64,000 bases of DNA from Minisyncoccota bacterium (GTDB lineage: Bacteria > Patescibacteriota > Minisyncoccia > Phycocordibacterales > UBA1006): positions 187,429 through 251,428 of the forward strand of contig DASWYC010000002.1 of the NCBI GenBank assembly GCA_036405175.1, in the 5' to 3' direction. The number at the start of each line of letters is the position of its first letter. Position 1 is the stretch's first letter. This document shows, in pieces, positions 9,425 through 18,700 of the stretch. The notes beneath the pieces are model-generated. The model did no database searches. It was not told the origin of the DNA and saw only the letters and a list, made by a program, of their open reading frames with translations. Made by a program: the position numbers and the translations under genes.

Positions 9425-9649
9425 TTCTGATTACAAGGATGGAGGTTTCAACAATTAGGAGGGGAGAAATTACATCATCTTACAATAAGTTTCCGGAGCA
9501 CTACAAAGTGACGCCATGGTAATAGTGGCGAGCTTGTATGCAAACACTGGTGAACAGTGATTCTTATTGTTTGATGATGACGTTTGTCTCATACCATTTG
9601 AGTATCACTTAATTTTGCAAGAATGTCAATAGTTTGCTAGAATAGCCTT

Positions 9650-10909
9650 ATGAAAACGGATTTTGACGTAATTGTGGTAGGAGGAGGCGCTTCGGGAATG
9701 ATGGCGGCTATTTCTGCTGCACGAAACGGCAAGAAGGTTCTTATTCTTGAAAAAAATCCTCAACTTGGAGCTAAATTGGCTATTTCTGGTGGTGGCCGCT
9801 GTAATATCACTAACGCTACGTTTGATAATCGTGAGATGCTCAAAAACTATGGAAACGTGGAAAAATATCTTTTTTCACTCTTTGATCAATTTAATGCGCA
9901 AAGCACCTTTGATTTTTTTGCCGAGCTTAATTTACCTATTGTGGTTGAGGCTCGTAATCGCTGTTTTCCTAAATCTCAATCATCATTGCATGTGGTTGAA
10001 GTACTTGTGAAAGAAATCGCACGACTTGGAGTGGAAGTTTATCTAAAAGAGTCAGTATCAAAAATTCTTACACAAGAGAGTGGGAGTAAAAAAGTAATTA
10101 CCGGAATTCAAACAAAACAGACTACGTATACTGCTCAGCAATACATTCTTGCAACGGGCGGCATGTCTCATCCAGAAACGGGCTCAACGGGAGATGGATA
10201 CAGATGGCTTAAGGATCTTGGACACACCGTAGTTGATCCAACGCCATCATTGGTGCCACTTGCATGTCCCAATAAGTGGATTCATGATCTTTCAGGAACG
10301 GCATTTGAAAATGCACGCGTAACATTTTTTGTTGATGGTGTTCAAAAGTTTTCTAAAGTTGGAAAAGTATTGTGTACACACTTTGGATTATCTGGTCCGC
10401 AGATTTTGAATCTTTCAAAGAAGGTAAGTGACTTGCTCCATGAAGGTGATGTAGCGGCAACGATTAATGTCTATCCAGATTTAAATGAGAAGCAATTGGA
10501 CGAAAAGTTTTTGAAACTATTGGACAGTAATAAAAATAAATTACTTAAGACGATCATAAAAGACATTATGCCAAATGGGTTTACGGATGTCTTTAAAAAA
10601 TATTTCATAACGGACGAAGAATTAGAAACACCGGTACACAGTGTGTCCGTTACGCTTCGTAAAAAGATTGTTAAAACACTACAAGCATTGCCCGTGTCCG
10701 TTACAGGATTGATGGGATACGATCGTGCAATCATTGCTGATGGAGGAATCCCTCTTTCAGAAATTGATATGCGCACCATGAAATCACGTAAGTGTGAAAA
10801 CTTGTCCGTTACAGGAGATTTGCTTCATGTAATGCGTCCATCAGGAGGATATTCGTTGCAGCTCTGTTGGAGTACTGGGTTTGTGGCAGGGAAAAATACA
10901 GGTGAATAG
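9650..10909 (+). CDS. HI0933/BaiN-family FAD-dependent flavoprotein (aminoacetone oxidase family oxidoreductase)
   Basis: Starts DFDVIVVGGGASGMMAAISAARNGKKVLILEKN...GAKLAISGGGRCNITN, which is diagnostic of the HI0933 family. A -35 TTGCAA (9615-9620) and -10 TAGAAT (9638-9643) lie just upstream. Confidence 0.85.
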   Translation: MKTDFDVIVVGGGASGMMAAISAARNGKKVLILEKNPQLGAKLAISGGGRCNITNATFDNREMLKNYGNVEKYLFSLFDQFNAQSTFDFFAELNLPIVVEARNRCFPKSQSSLHVVEVLVKEIARLGVEVYLKESVSKILTQESGSKKVITGIQTKQTTYTAQQYILATGGMSHPETGSTGDGYRWLKDLGHTVVDPTPSLVPLACPNKWIHDLSGTAFENARVTFFVDGVQKFSKVGKVLCTHFGLSGPQILNLSKKVSDLLHEGDVAATINVYPDLNEKQLDEKFLKLLDSNKNKLLKTIIKDIMPNGFTDVFKKYFITDEELETPVHSVSVTLRKKIVKTLQALPVSVTGLMGYDRAIIADGGIPLSEIDMRTMKSRKCENLSVTGDLLHVMRPSGGYSLQLCWSTGFVAGKNTGE

Positions 10910-10936
10910 CGAGACCTTTTATCTTAACGCGTACAC

Positions 10937-10965
10937 TTGACATATCCTAGATTTAAGTGTAGATT
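10937..10965 (+). promoter_or_regulatory. Sigma70-like promoter (TTGACA-17-TAGATT) in the intergenic region
   Basis: Perfect -35 TTGACA at 10937-10942, a 17-nt spacer, and -10 TAGATT at 10960-10965. Confidence 0.4.
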
Positions 10966-11096
10966 ACTATTAATTTGATTTATTTACGGGACTGATGTGT
11001 GAAAGTGGCTGCAGGGAACTTTATTTGACCGACCCTGTGATGGATGCCAAAAAGTGCGGTGGGATTGTGAGGTCAAACCCTTTAAATTTACACTTG

Positions 11097-11130
11097 AAGG
11101 CAGCGTTAAAAGCGTTGCCTTTATTTTATT
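11097..11130 (+). terminator. Intrinsic terminator
   Basis: aggcagcg-ttaaaa-gcgttgcct followed by ttattttattt. Confidence 0.6.
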
Positions 11131-11166
11131 TACCAAGCTAATATCTGATATACTTATATAACCACT

Positions 11167-12855
11167 ATGGTAAAAAAGGTCCTTCGTTTGGTAAGCAAAG
11201 AAATTTCATCGTTCCATCAATCCGCCCTCATCCTTGGGGCTTTTACCTTGCTTGCACAGTTTATGGGACTTTTCCGTGATCGTTTGTTGGTGCAAGTGGT
11301 TGGTCTTGGGCATGATCTTGATGTATATAACGCATCATTCAAGATTCCAGACATCATGTTTGCATTGGGTGCATCGCTCATATCGGTGAATATTCTTATT
11401 CCATTTTTACGTACTAAAAAGAATGAGCTTGCAAACGGTGAAAGTGAATACGGTTCACTCTACAGCATTTTGATGACCTTTGGAATTGTGATGGTCTCGC
11501 TTTGTATTATTCTCTTTTTTACTATTCCATATTTTGCACCGCTCTTGGTTCCAGGATTTTCTCCGGAGCAAACTCATGACTATATTCAAATGGTACGCAT
11601 TATTTTACTATCACCAATTTTGATGGGACTTGCATCAAAATTCTCAGCAATTCTTCAGTATGAGCATAAAATTGTTCCAGTAGCAGTTGCACCAGTGCTC
11701 TACAATGTTGGAATTATTTTTGGAACATTGGCACTCTATCCAATTATGGGACCAAACGGGCTTGCACTTGGTGTGATCGCCGGAGCACTCCTTTCATTTG
11801 TGTTCCAAGGAAGTATCTCATTTGAATCACTCAAAAAAGTATTTTCGCATGTTCGCTATCATTTTGCTGATGTTAAATCAGTATTTGCATCATCAGTTCC
11901 ACGAACACTTACCTTAATGATGTCTACAATCACCTTTACCGGTCTTACTGCAATTGCATCACTTATTGCACCAGGATCAATCTCACGTCTGCAGTTTGCG
12001 TACATTTTGCAGGGAGTTCCGCTTTCATTAGTTGGAATTAGCTTTGCTGTTGCAGCATTTCCACGGCTTGCAGAATATTTTGGTGATAAAAAAATGCCTG
12101 AGTTTGGCAAACTATTAAGCAATGTTGTTTCTTCAATCATTGTGTGGATTTCACCGCTTATGGTACTTATGATTTTACTTCGTGCACACGTGGTACGTTT
12201 GGTATTTGGAGTGTCAAATGTGACCTGGGCATCAACGCGTATTATTGCTGCAGCATTAGGACTCTTCTCAATCTCACTCTTGGCACAAGGAATTTTGCAG
12301 TTGGCGCTCCGTACGTATTATGCGATCGGAGAAACACGACGTCCATTTTTGCAGTCAATTATTTCCGGAGTAGTTACGATTGGCTCAGGAATTGGCTTGC
12401 TTACCTATGCACAGAATAACGGTGACTGGTGGATTTGGTTTGCACAAACTATTAAAATTCCTGCAACGCCAGAATCATATATTGTATTGTTGGCCCTTGC
12501 ATTCTCAATTGGATCGCTTATTAACATGATGATTGCATGGTTGCCACTCGTTGAACGATTCATGAAGGGGCAAGATGATTCATTTAATAGAATCTGCTTG
12601 CAGGTTGCATTAGCACTTACTGGAGCCGTTGCTGCTGCGCGTATTGTGCTTCATTTTATTGGATCAATTGTGACACTTGATACCGGACTTGCGGTGTTGT
12701 TGCACGGAGGAGCAGCTGCGCTTGCTGCAATTGCAATATATGTACTGGTGATGGTCTTGCTTGATAACGAAGAAGTGCTCAATATGATCATTTCAATCCG
12801 TCAGAAGTTTGGAGTAAAGGAGGCTGCATATTTAGAGGAGGATTCACTTGAATAA
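11167..12855 (+). CDS. murJ: Lipid II flippase MurJ (MviN)
   Basis: 562 aa polytopic membrane protein. The N-terminus (SALILGAFTLLAQFMGLFRDRLL...G..LDVYN.SFKIPD) is typical MurJ. A TATACT/TTATAT -10 lies 6-12 nt upstream. Confidence 0.8.
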   Translation: MVKKVLRLVSKEISSFHQSALILGAFTLLAQFMGLFRDRLLVQVVGLGHDLDVYNASFKIPDIMFALGASLISVNILIPFLRTKKNELANGESEYGSLYSILMTFGIVMVSLCIILFFTIPYFAPLLVPGFSPEQTHDYIQMVRIILLSPILMGLASKFSAILQYEHKIVPVAVAPVLYNVGIIFGTLALYPIMGPNGLALGVIAGALLSFVFQGSISFESLKKVFSHVRYHFADVKSVFASSVPRTLTLMMSTITFTGLTAIASLIAPGSISRLQFAYILQGVPLSLVGISFAVAAFPRLAEYFGDKKMPEFGKLLSNVVSSIIVWISPLMVLMILLRAHVVRLVFGVSNVTWASTRIIAAALGLFSISLLAQGILQLALRTYYAIGETRRPFLQSIISGVVTIGSGIGLLTYAQNNGDWWIWFAQTIKIPATPESYIVLLALAFSIGSLINMMIAWLPLVERFMKGQDDSFNRICLQVALALTGAVAAARIVLHFIGSIVTLDTGLAVLLHGGAAALAAIAIYVLVMVLLDNEEVLNMIISIRQKFGVKEAAYLEEDSLE

Positions 12856-12911
12856 ATAGATAAAAAAAGGTATAGTTTTTAGTATCATTCATCCTTAAAA
12901 TTCATAGTGAC

Positions 12912-13241
12912 ATGTTCGAAGAAAAAACCATTACGTGCAGTCAGTCTATTTTTACGCATGAACTCTTTGGTTCAATGCAGACATTTACATTGCCAATCGG
13001 AGACAATATCCACATCAAGATGTTCTTTCCTATAAGAAATGGGACGTTGATTAGGATTCCCTACAAGATCCTAAGAGAAACAGTGTCGCCGGGTAGGTCA
13101 CTAAAAATAGAGTGCCTTCCTGCACATGTTAGGAGGCACGGAGTATTATTGTCCTATCAAGGCAGATTGAGTAATCCAAGTGCTGGAATTGGATTTAAAG
13201 ATCAAAAACAGCTCCTCGAAGAGCTATTGCTGTGGGGTTAA
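12912..13241 (+). CDS. Hypothetical small protein (109 aa), weak call
   Basis: ORF between murJ and the terminator at 13260. It has no recognisable motifs. Confidence 0.25.
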   Translation: MFEEKTITCSQSIFTHELFGSMQTFTLPIGDNIHIKMFFPIRNGTLIRIPYKILRETVSPGRSLKIECLPAHVRRHGVLLSYQGRLSNPSAGIGFKDQKQLLEELLLWG

Positions 13242-13259
13242 TGCAAATTCTTAAGAGAG

Positions 13260-13293
13260 AGGCATCACAAGAAAAATCTTGTGATGCCTTTTA
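13260..13293. terminator. Bidirectional intrinsic terminator
   Basis: aggcatcacaag-aaaaat-cttgtgatgcct followed by ttt. Confidence 0.7.
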
Positions 13294-13318
13294 AATTACT
13301 TCACCAGTAAACTTACTA

Positions 13319-15055
13319 TTACAACTCCCGTGATCGGGTACTAATAAGATTCTGGACATGCTGCACAAACTCATCAGCGGCCATTTCTTGTTTGTCTCCG
13401 GTGCGAAGCTCAATAGTAAGCTTTCCTGATTCCATTTCTTTATCTCCAACAACAATCGCGTACGGAGTTTTTTCAGTCTTAGCTTGGCGAATACGCTTTC
13501 CAAGAGAATCATCCATCAATAACTCAACATTCATACCAGCTGCACGCATTTGCTTCTGAATACCTTCAGCAAATTCTTTGTGAGATTCTCCAACTGGAAT
13601 AATCGCAGCATGCGTTGGGCTCATCCAAAGAGGGAATGCGCCACCGTAGTGTTCAATAGCAAGCGCCATAAAACGTTCCAATGATCCAATCAATGCACGG
13701 TGAATCATAATTGGTGTTTTTAATTGCCCATCTTTATCTTTGTATTCAAGCTTAAATCGCACTGGCTGATTAAAGTCCACTTGAATCGTTGAGATCTGCC
13801 ATTCACGTCCAAGTGCATCAACGGCCATAATGTCCATCTTTGGTCCGTAGAATGCAGCTTCTCCAATTCCTTCAACAAATGGAATCTCAAGTTTTTCAAG
13901 AAGCTTACGCAATAATCCTTCTGCTTTTTCCCATACTGATGCATCACCAAGATACTTTTCTTTTTCTGCAGGATCATGAAGTGAAAGACGAATATGATAT
14001 TTAAATCCATAGGTGGTAAGTGCTTTTTTAATCGCATTCAATACCAAAATGAATTCATCTTCAAGTTGATCTTCGGTACAAAATGCATGGCCATCATCTT
14101 GAGCAAATGCACGTGCACGGGTAAGTCCAGACAATTCTCCTGGGCGTTCATCACGGTAAAGCATTGCAAAGTCTGCATATTTAATAGGAAGATCGCGGTA
14201 ACTGCGTGGTTCAGATGCAAAGATCTGTGTGTGTTGTGGGCAGTTCATTGGTTTCAAGAAGAACTCATCATCAGAATAGTGCGAATGAACTTCAAACATA
14301 TCTTCTTTATATTTGTCGTAGTGTCCAGACACTTTAAAGAGTTCAGCCTTGTTCATGTTAGGAGTATTCACTTCAAGATATCCACATTCTTGGTTAAGCT
14401 CTCGTGAGAAATCTGCAATCTTATTACGAAGATATGAACCTTTTGGTGTATAGAGTGGAAGCCCTGATCCAACCAAATCAGAAAATACAAACAATCCTAA
14501 TTCTTTTCCAAGCTTGCGGTGATCACGCTCTTTAGCAAGTTCGCGATTACTCAAAAAGGTATCAAGCTCATCTTTGGTGTCAAAGGCAATTCCATAGACA
14601 CGGGTAAGCATAGTGTTGTTTTCATTTCCACGCCAGTACGCACCAGAAATTCTATCAAGCACCCATGAATCATTTTCAATCTGATTCATATTTTCAACGT
14701 GTCCACCTTTACAAAGATCAGTAAATTCTCCGGAAGTGTAGGTGGTAATAGCTTCACCGTTCTTTGCAATGTCAGCAATAAGTTCAAGTTTGTATTTGTT
14801 GTTCTTGAATAATTCCTCAGCTTCAGTAGTGGTGAGGGTAGTAGGAGTGAAGGTTGACCATGTAGCAATGGTTGTCTTCATGATTTCAGTAAGTTTTGGT
14901 AAATCATCAAGTGAGAGGGTTTCTCCTTGAAGGTCAACATCGTAATAAAATCCGTTTTCCACAGCAGGACCAATGGTCAAGAGGGCAGACGGTTTGAGTT
15001 TAATAATGGCATCACCCAGCAGATGGGCAAGCGAATGTCGTTTTTCTGAAATCAT
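13319..15055 (-). CDS. thrS: Threonine--tRNA ligase, lacking the N-terminal TGS domain
   Basis: Class II motifs are present: HRDLPIKYADFAMLYRDE, GLTRARAFAQDDGHAFC and the zinc-site RHSLAHLL. The ORF-track start at 15106 is TTG. The ATG at 15055 sits 7 nt downstream of a TATACT -10 on the minus strand. Confidence 0.9.
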   Translation of the reverse strand: MISEKRHSLAHLLGDAIIKLKPSALLTIGPAVENGFYYDVDLQGETLSLDDLPKLTEIMKTTIATWSTFTPTTLTTTEAEELFKNNKYKLELIADIAKNGEAITTYTSGEFTDLCKGGHVENMNQIENDSWVLDRISGAYWRGNENNTMLTRVYGIAFDTKDELDTFLSNRELAKERDHRKLGKELGLFVFSDLVGSGLPLYTPKGSYLRNKIADFSRELNQECGYLEVNTPNMNKAELFKVSGHYDKYKEDMFEVHSHYSDDEFFLKPMNCPQHTQIFASEPRSYRDLPIKYADFAMLYRDERPGELSGLTRARAFAQDDGHAFCTEDQLEDEFILVLNAIKKALTTYGFKYHIRLSLHDPAEKEKYLGDASVWEKAEGLLRKLLEKLEIPFVEGIGEAAFYGPKMDIMAVDALGREWQISTIQVDFNQPVRFKLEYKDKDGQLKTPIMIHRALIGSLERFMALAIEHYGGAFPLWMSPTHAAIIPVGESHKEFAEGIQKQMRAAGMNVELLMDDSLGKRIRQAKTEKTPYAIVVGDKEMESGKLTIELRTGDKQEMAADEFVQHVQNLISTRSREL

Positions 15056-15183
15056 ACCTACGCAGTATAGCTTAAAACCAAGCTGATTTCCAGGATCTTT
15101 TAACAATATCTTTTGATAATTAGTGAGTAAATCTGGGCGAGTAGACTCTTGTGTGATATTATCAAGCTATAATGCCGGGATGG

Positions 15184-15267
15184 TGGAATCGGTAGACACG
15201 AGGGACTTAAAATCCCTTTCTAGCAATAGAGTGCGGGTTCGATTCCCGCTCTCGGCACCCGAAGAAT
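15184..15267 (+). tRNA. tRNA-Leu (anticodon TAA), class II with a long variable arm
   Basis: Cloverleaf read by eye: acceptor GCCGGGA/TCTCGGC, anticodon loop CTTAAAA, T-arm GCGGGTTCGATTCCCGC. No CCA is encoded (ACCC). Confidence 0.85.
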
Positions 15268-15714
15268 AAATAATAAGAACTTTAGTAAAATCCTGTATGA
15301 AAATATGGGATTTTGCATTGACAAGTTGCTCAAGAGTGAAGTGCAATGTTTTTGGTGGCTGGCCTTAGTGTAAAGAAAAGCTTTTAAGAAATTCCAAGAT
15401 AACTCTATTGGACACTATAAAGGACATGTTGGACAAGTACTGAAAAGCATGCTCTCAGCTTTATGTCCATTAGAGTACGTATGTTGTCCTATAGAAGAAT
15501 AGATAGGAAATATAAAGTTTCACGCTTATGATTAACATAAGTTTATGCCAAGAAATAAAGAGTGGTACATGAAACACCTTTTGATATTATAAAACCATCA
15601 AAAAGCTGGGCAAAAAATAACAAAAACATTTGTTAAAATTTGCTTGTTTTTCAGAGCATGACCTCGTATTCTGGGCTAATAAGCGCTAAAAACGCTTGAA
15701 TTTATAAGCCCCTT

Positions 15715-18700
15715 ATGATAGCCTGCCGTTATAATATGAATAGTCACAAAGTTACCTTCGCTGCAGTCTTACCAACTGTTTCTTATAAGGTTTTTCAGCG
15801 TCTTTTGACGTATTTTTTATTACTATTTTTTACCATTAATCCATTCGTCTCCATTGTATCTGCCGCTGAGATTGGTCATAATCCACAAGTCTCAAGCTAT
15901 GATACGGTGGTGGATGGTATTGGGCAGTCGCCGAATACTTCCGTAACTACTCCTTCTGGAGCTTTGCCCTTAAATACGCCAGTGGCACCTCTTTCATCTT
16001 CAGCACAAGTTGAAATTTCCTCAGGAGCATTTGTCGATGCATATGACTTTAATCTTCCTAAGGGACCTGGAGGTATTATCCCGCCCCTTGCACTTTCATA
16101 CGATTCACGTCGCAGAAATTATGATGGGTCTTTTGGTATAGGGTTTACTCTGGATATTCCGACCATTTCTCGTATTAATAAGTTTGGTATTGATCGCATG
16201 TATGAAGATAGCTCTTTTTCTTCCAGCATTCATGGTGAGTTGGTAAAGTTAAGTAAAGAACAAGATGCATACGGAGTGTATGGAGTGAAGAATGGTTATG
16301 GACGCTACATATTTAATCGAGACAATTCATGGAGTTATATCAACAAAGAAGGTGTAACCTATGTATTTGGGGCAAAGAGTACAGAGCGTGAATTTATCTC
16401 AACTGATGATACAAAGATTTCCCAATGGAATCTTTCAACAATTACTGATCCGTATAAGCACACGTATAGATATGTTTACGATAAGGTGTCAGAAAAACTT
16501 TTCCCAATTGCCATCTTGTATCCAAATGATATTTATAAAGTTGATATCGGGTGGAATCGTGCACCTCAAACGACGCTAACTTACGAAAATGGGTATGGAC
16601 AAGGTGTTGGTTCTCGTCGTGCTACTCAGGTTACGTTGAGCGCTTTAGGTGTTATGTATAGGACTCATGCATTTACATTCAATCCATCTACGCTCCGTTT
16701 GGAAAAAATTACAGATTCTGTGTTGGGTGATACAGTATTCACGTATACAGACATTGAAAATCCTCGCAATGCAGTTGTTGTAGAAAAGCCATTGTGGAAT
16801 GTCACTCAGCATCGTGTGGATATTGACGGTGATGGCCAGCAAGATATTTATCGAGTAGAAGCTAATACTACACCCACCAAGCGAACACTTACTATTGGCA
16901 CTACGGTATACCAGAACATGCCGCAGTTTGATGGCTTTGCTGATATAAATAATGACGGTGCTGTAGATGGATATAGTACTGATGGATGTTATCGAACGTA
17001 TCAGGGTAATGGGGTGTTTAGTGCAGCAATTTGTAATCTTGGGCTTATTGTTGGAGATAAGATGATTTTTGAAGATATTAATAATGATGGAATTATCGAA
17101 TATATTACTGCTGCTCAGGGGCACCTCAAAGTATATACGTTCAAGGATGGGAAATATACATTAAATCCATCTATGAAAGCTGTTGGGGGAACTATGTGGG
17201 ACGACCTAACAAATAGCTATATGGCAACTTTTGATGTGAACGGCGATAATCAAAAAGATATTTTGATTGGCGGCGATGCATATCTTAATAGAGGAGTGTT
17301 CTTTGAATTTTCAAATAACTACCAAGTAGATACTTCAAATAGATATTATTTCCCTAATGCCGGAAAGTTGGAATATCAATATATATTAACGCCCGTTGAT
17401 TATAACGGTGATGGTCTGCTTGAAATTAAAATCGATGAAAACTGGAAAGAACAATGTTCAAGTAGCGGTACAGGCTGGTGCGCAAAAGTGAATACTCAGA
17501 AATTCTTGAATAGCGGGCACGGATGGATTGCTGTTAATGTTGATTATTGGAATAACTTTACTTCATTTACTCAAGAAAAGGTTCCTCTTATTACAAAAGT
17601 TGCGGATGCTCGTCTTGAGACAGATGTTGTTTATGGACTCGAAGATATTGCAAAAAGTAATATTTTAGGAAGTATTAAGAAGGTTATTGTTGTGAAATCA
17701 ATCACAAGTCCATATAGTCAAACAAATTATAGTTACACCAATGGAAAGTACTACTTTAACCAGAAAGAACAAACCAGTGAGTTTGCCGGCTTTGAGACGG
17801 TGGTGGCCACTGACGGGTTAGGGCGCAAATCAATTTCGTATTTCCATCAGGGAAATGATACGAATACCGCCAAGGGAGAATTTGAAGATTCGCGCTATAA
17901 AATTGGGCGAACATTCCGCCAAGAATTCTATGGTGCTACCGGAACATTACTCAAAACTATCACCACTAAGTGGATTCAGGCGGATTTAGGATCTGAACGA
18001 TATTTGGTGGTGCCGGAATACACCTCACAGCTGATTGATGGTGTAGGTACGGCGGTTGGCTATACGTATGATACTGCGGTGGGAGAGTTGGTTCGCCAAT
18101 ATAATTTTGGTGACGCAACGGTGAATACTGACGGATCATTCACTGATGTTGGCATCGACCTTGTGATTACTAAATATCATTACAAAACCAATGGAGCGTT
18201 GGTAGTGCGTGATGAAGAGCAGCGTGAACGTAATGGTGAGCAGCTTTTTCATGGGCGCTATACATATAACCCGGCATTAACTCAACTGGTTAAAGAAGAA
18301 GTATCAGAAATGCCCGGATCATTTGCGAGCAGAACTTTCTCATACACAAGTGATGGAAGCTTGAGTAGCTCTACTGATTTTATGGGGAATACTACTACCT
18401 ATACATATGATAGCTATAAATTCCTTCCAAAGACAATCACTAATGCGCTGGGTCATATAACGACGCTTGAGTATAACTATGTAGTTCAAAAACCAATCAA
18501 AGTTGTTACACCTGATGCTATTACGTCAACCTATGTCTATGATCTGCTTGGTAATGAGCTTGAATACTACCGCAATGGAGTAAAAGAAAGAGTTGCTTCT
18601 GTTTCAAATAACTTTAAAGATTACACATATTCTCAAACTCTTAATACGAGTACCAGTATCCCTGCAAGTGACACATATGTTCAAAAAGTAGTTAATCATG

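Noticed and set aside
11068-11085. A 12-nt exact match (GAGGTCAAACCC) to a segment of E. coli tmRNA inside the candidate sRNA, which raised the possibility of ssrA.
   Set aside because: No tRNA-like acceptor or T-arm ends, no tag-peptide reading frame, and the unit is only about 160 nt. I treat the match as coincidental.
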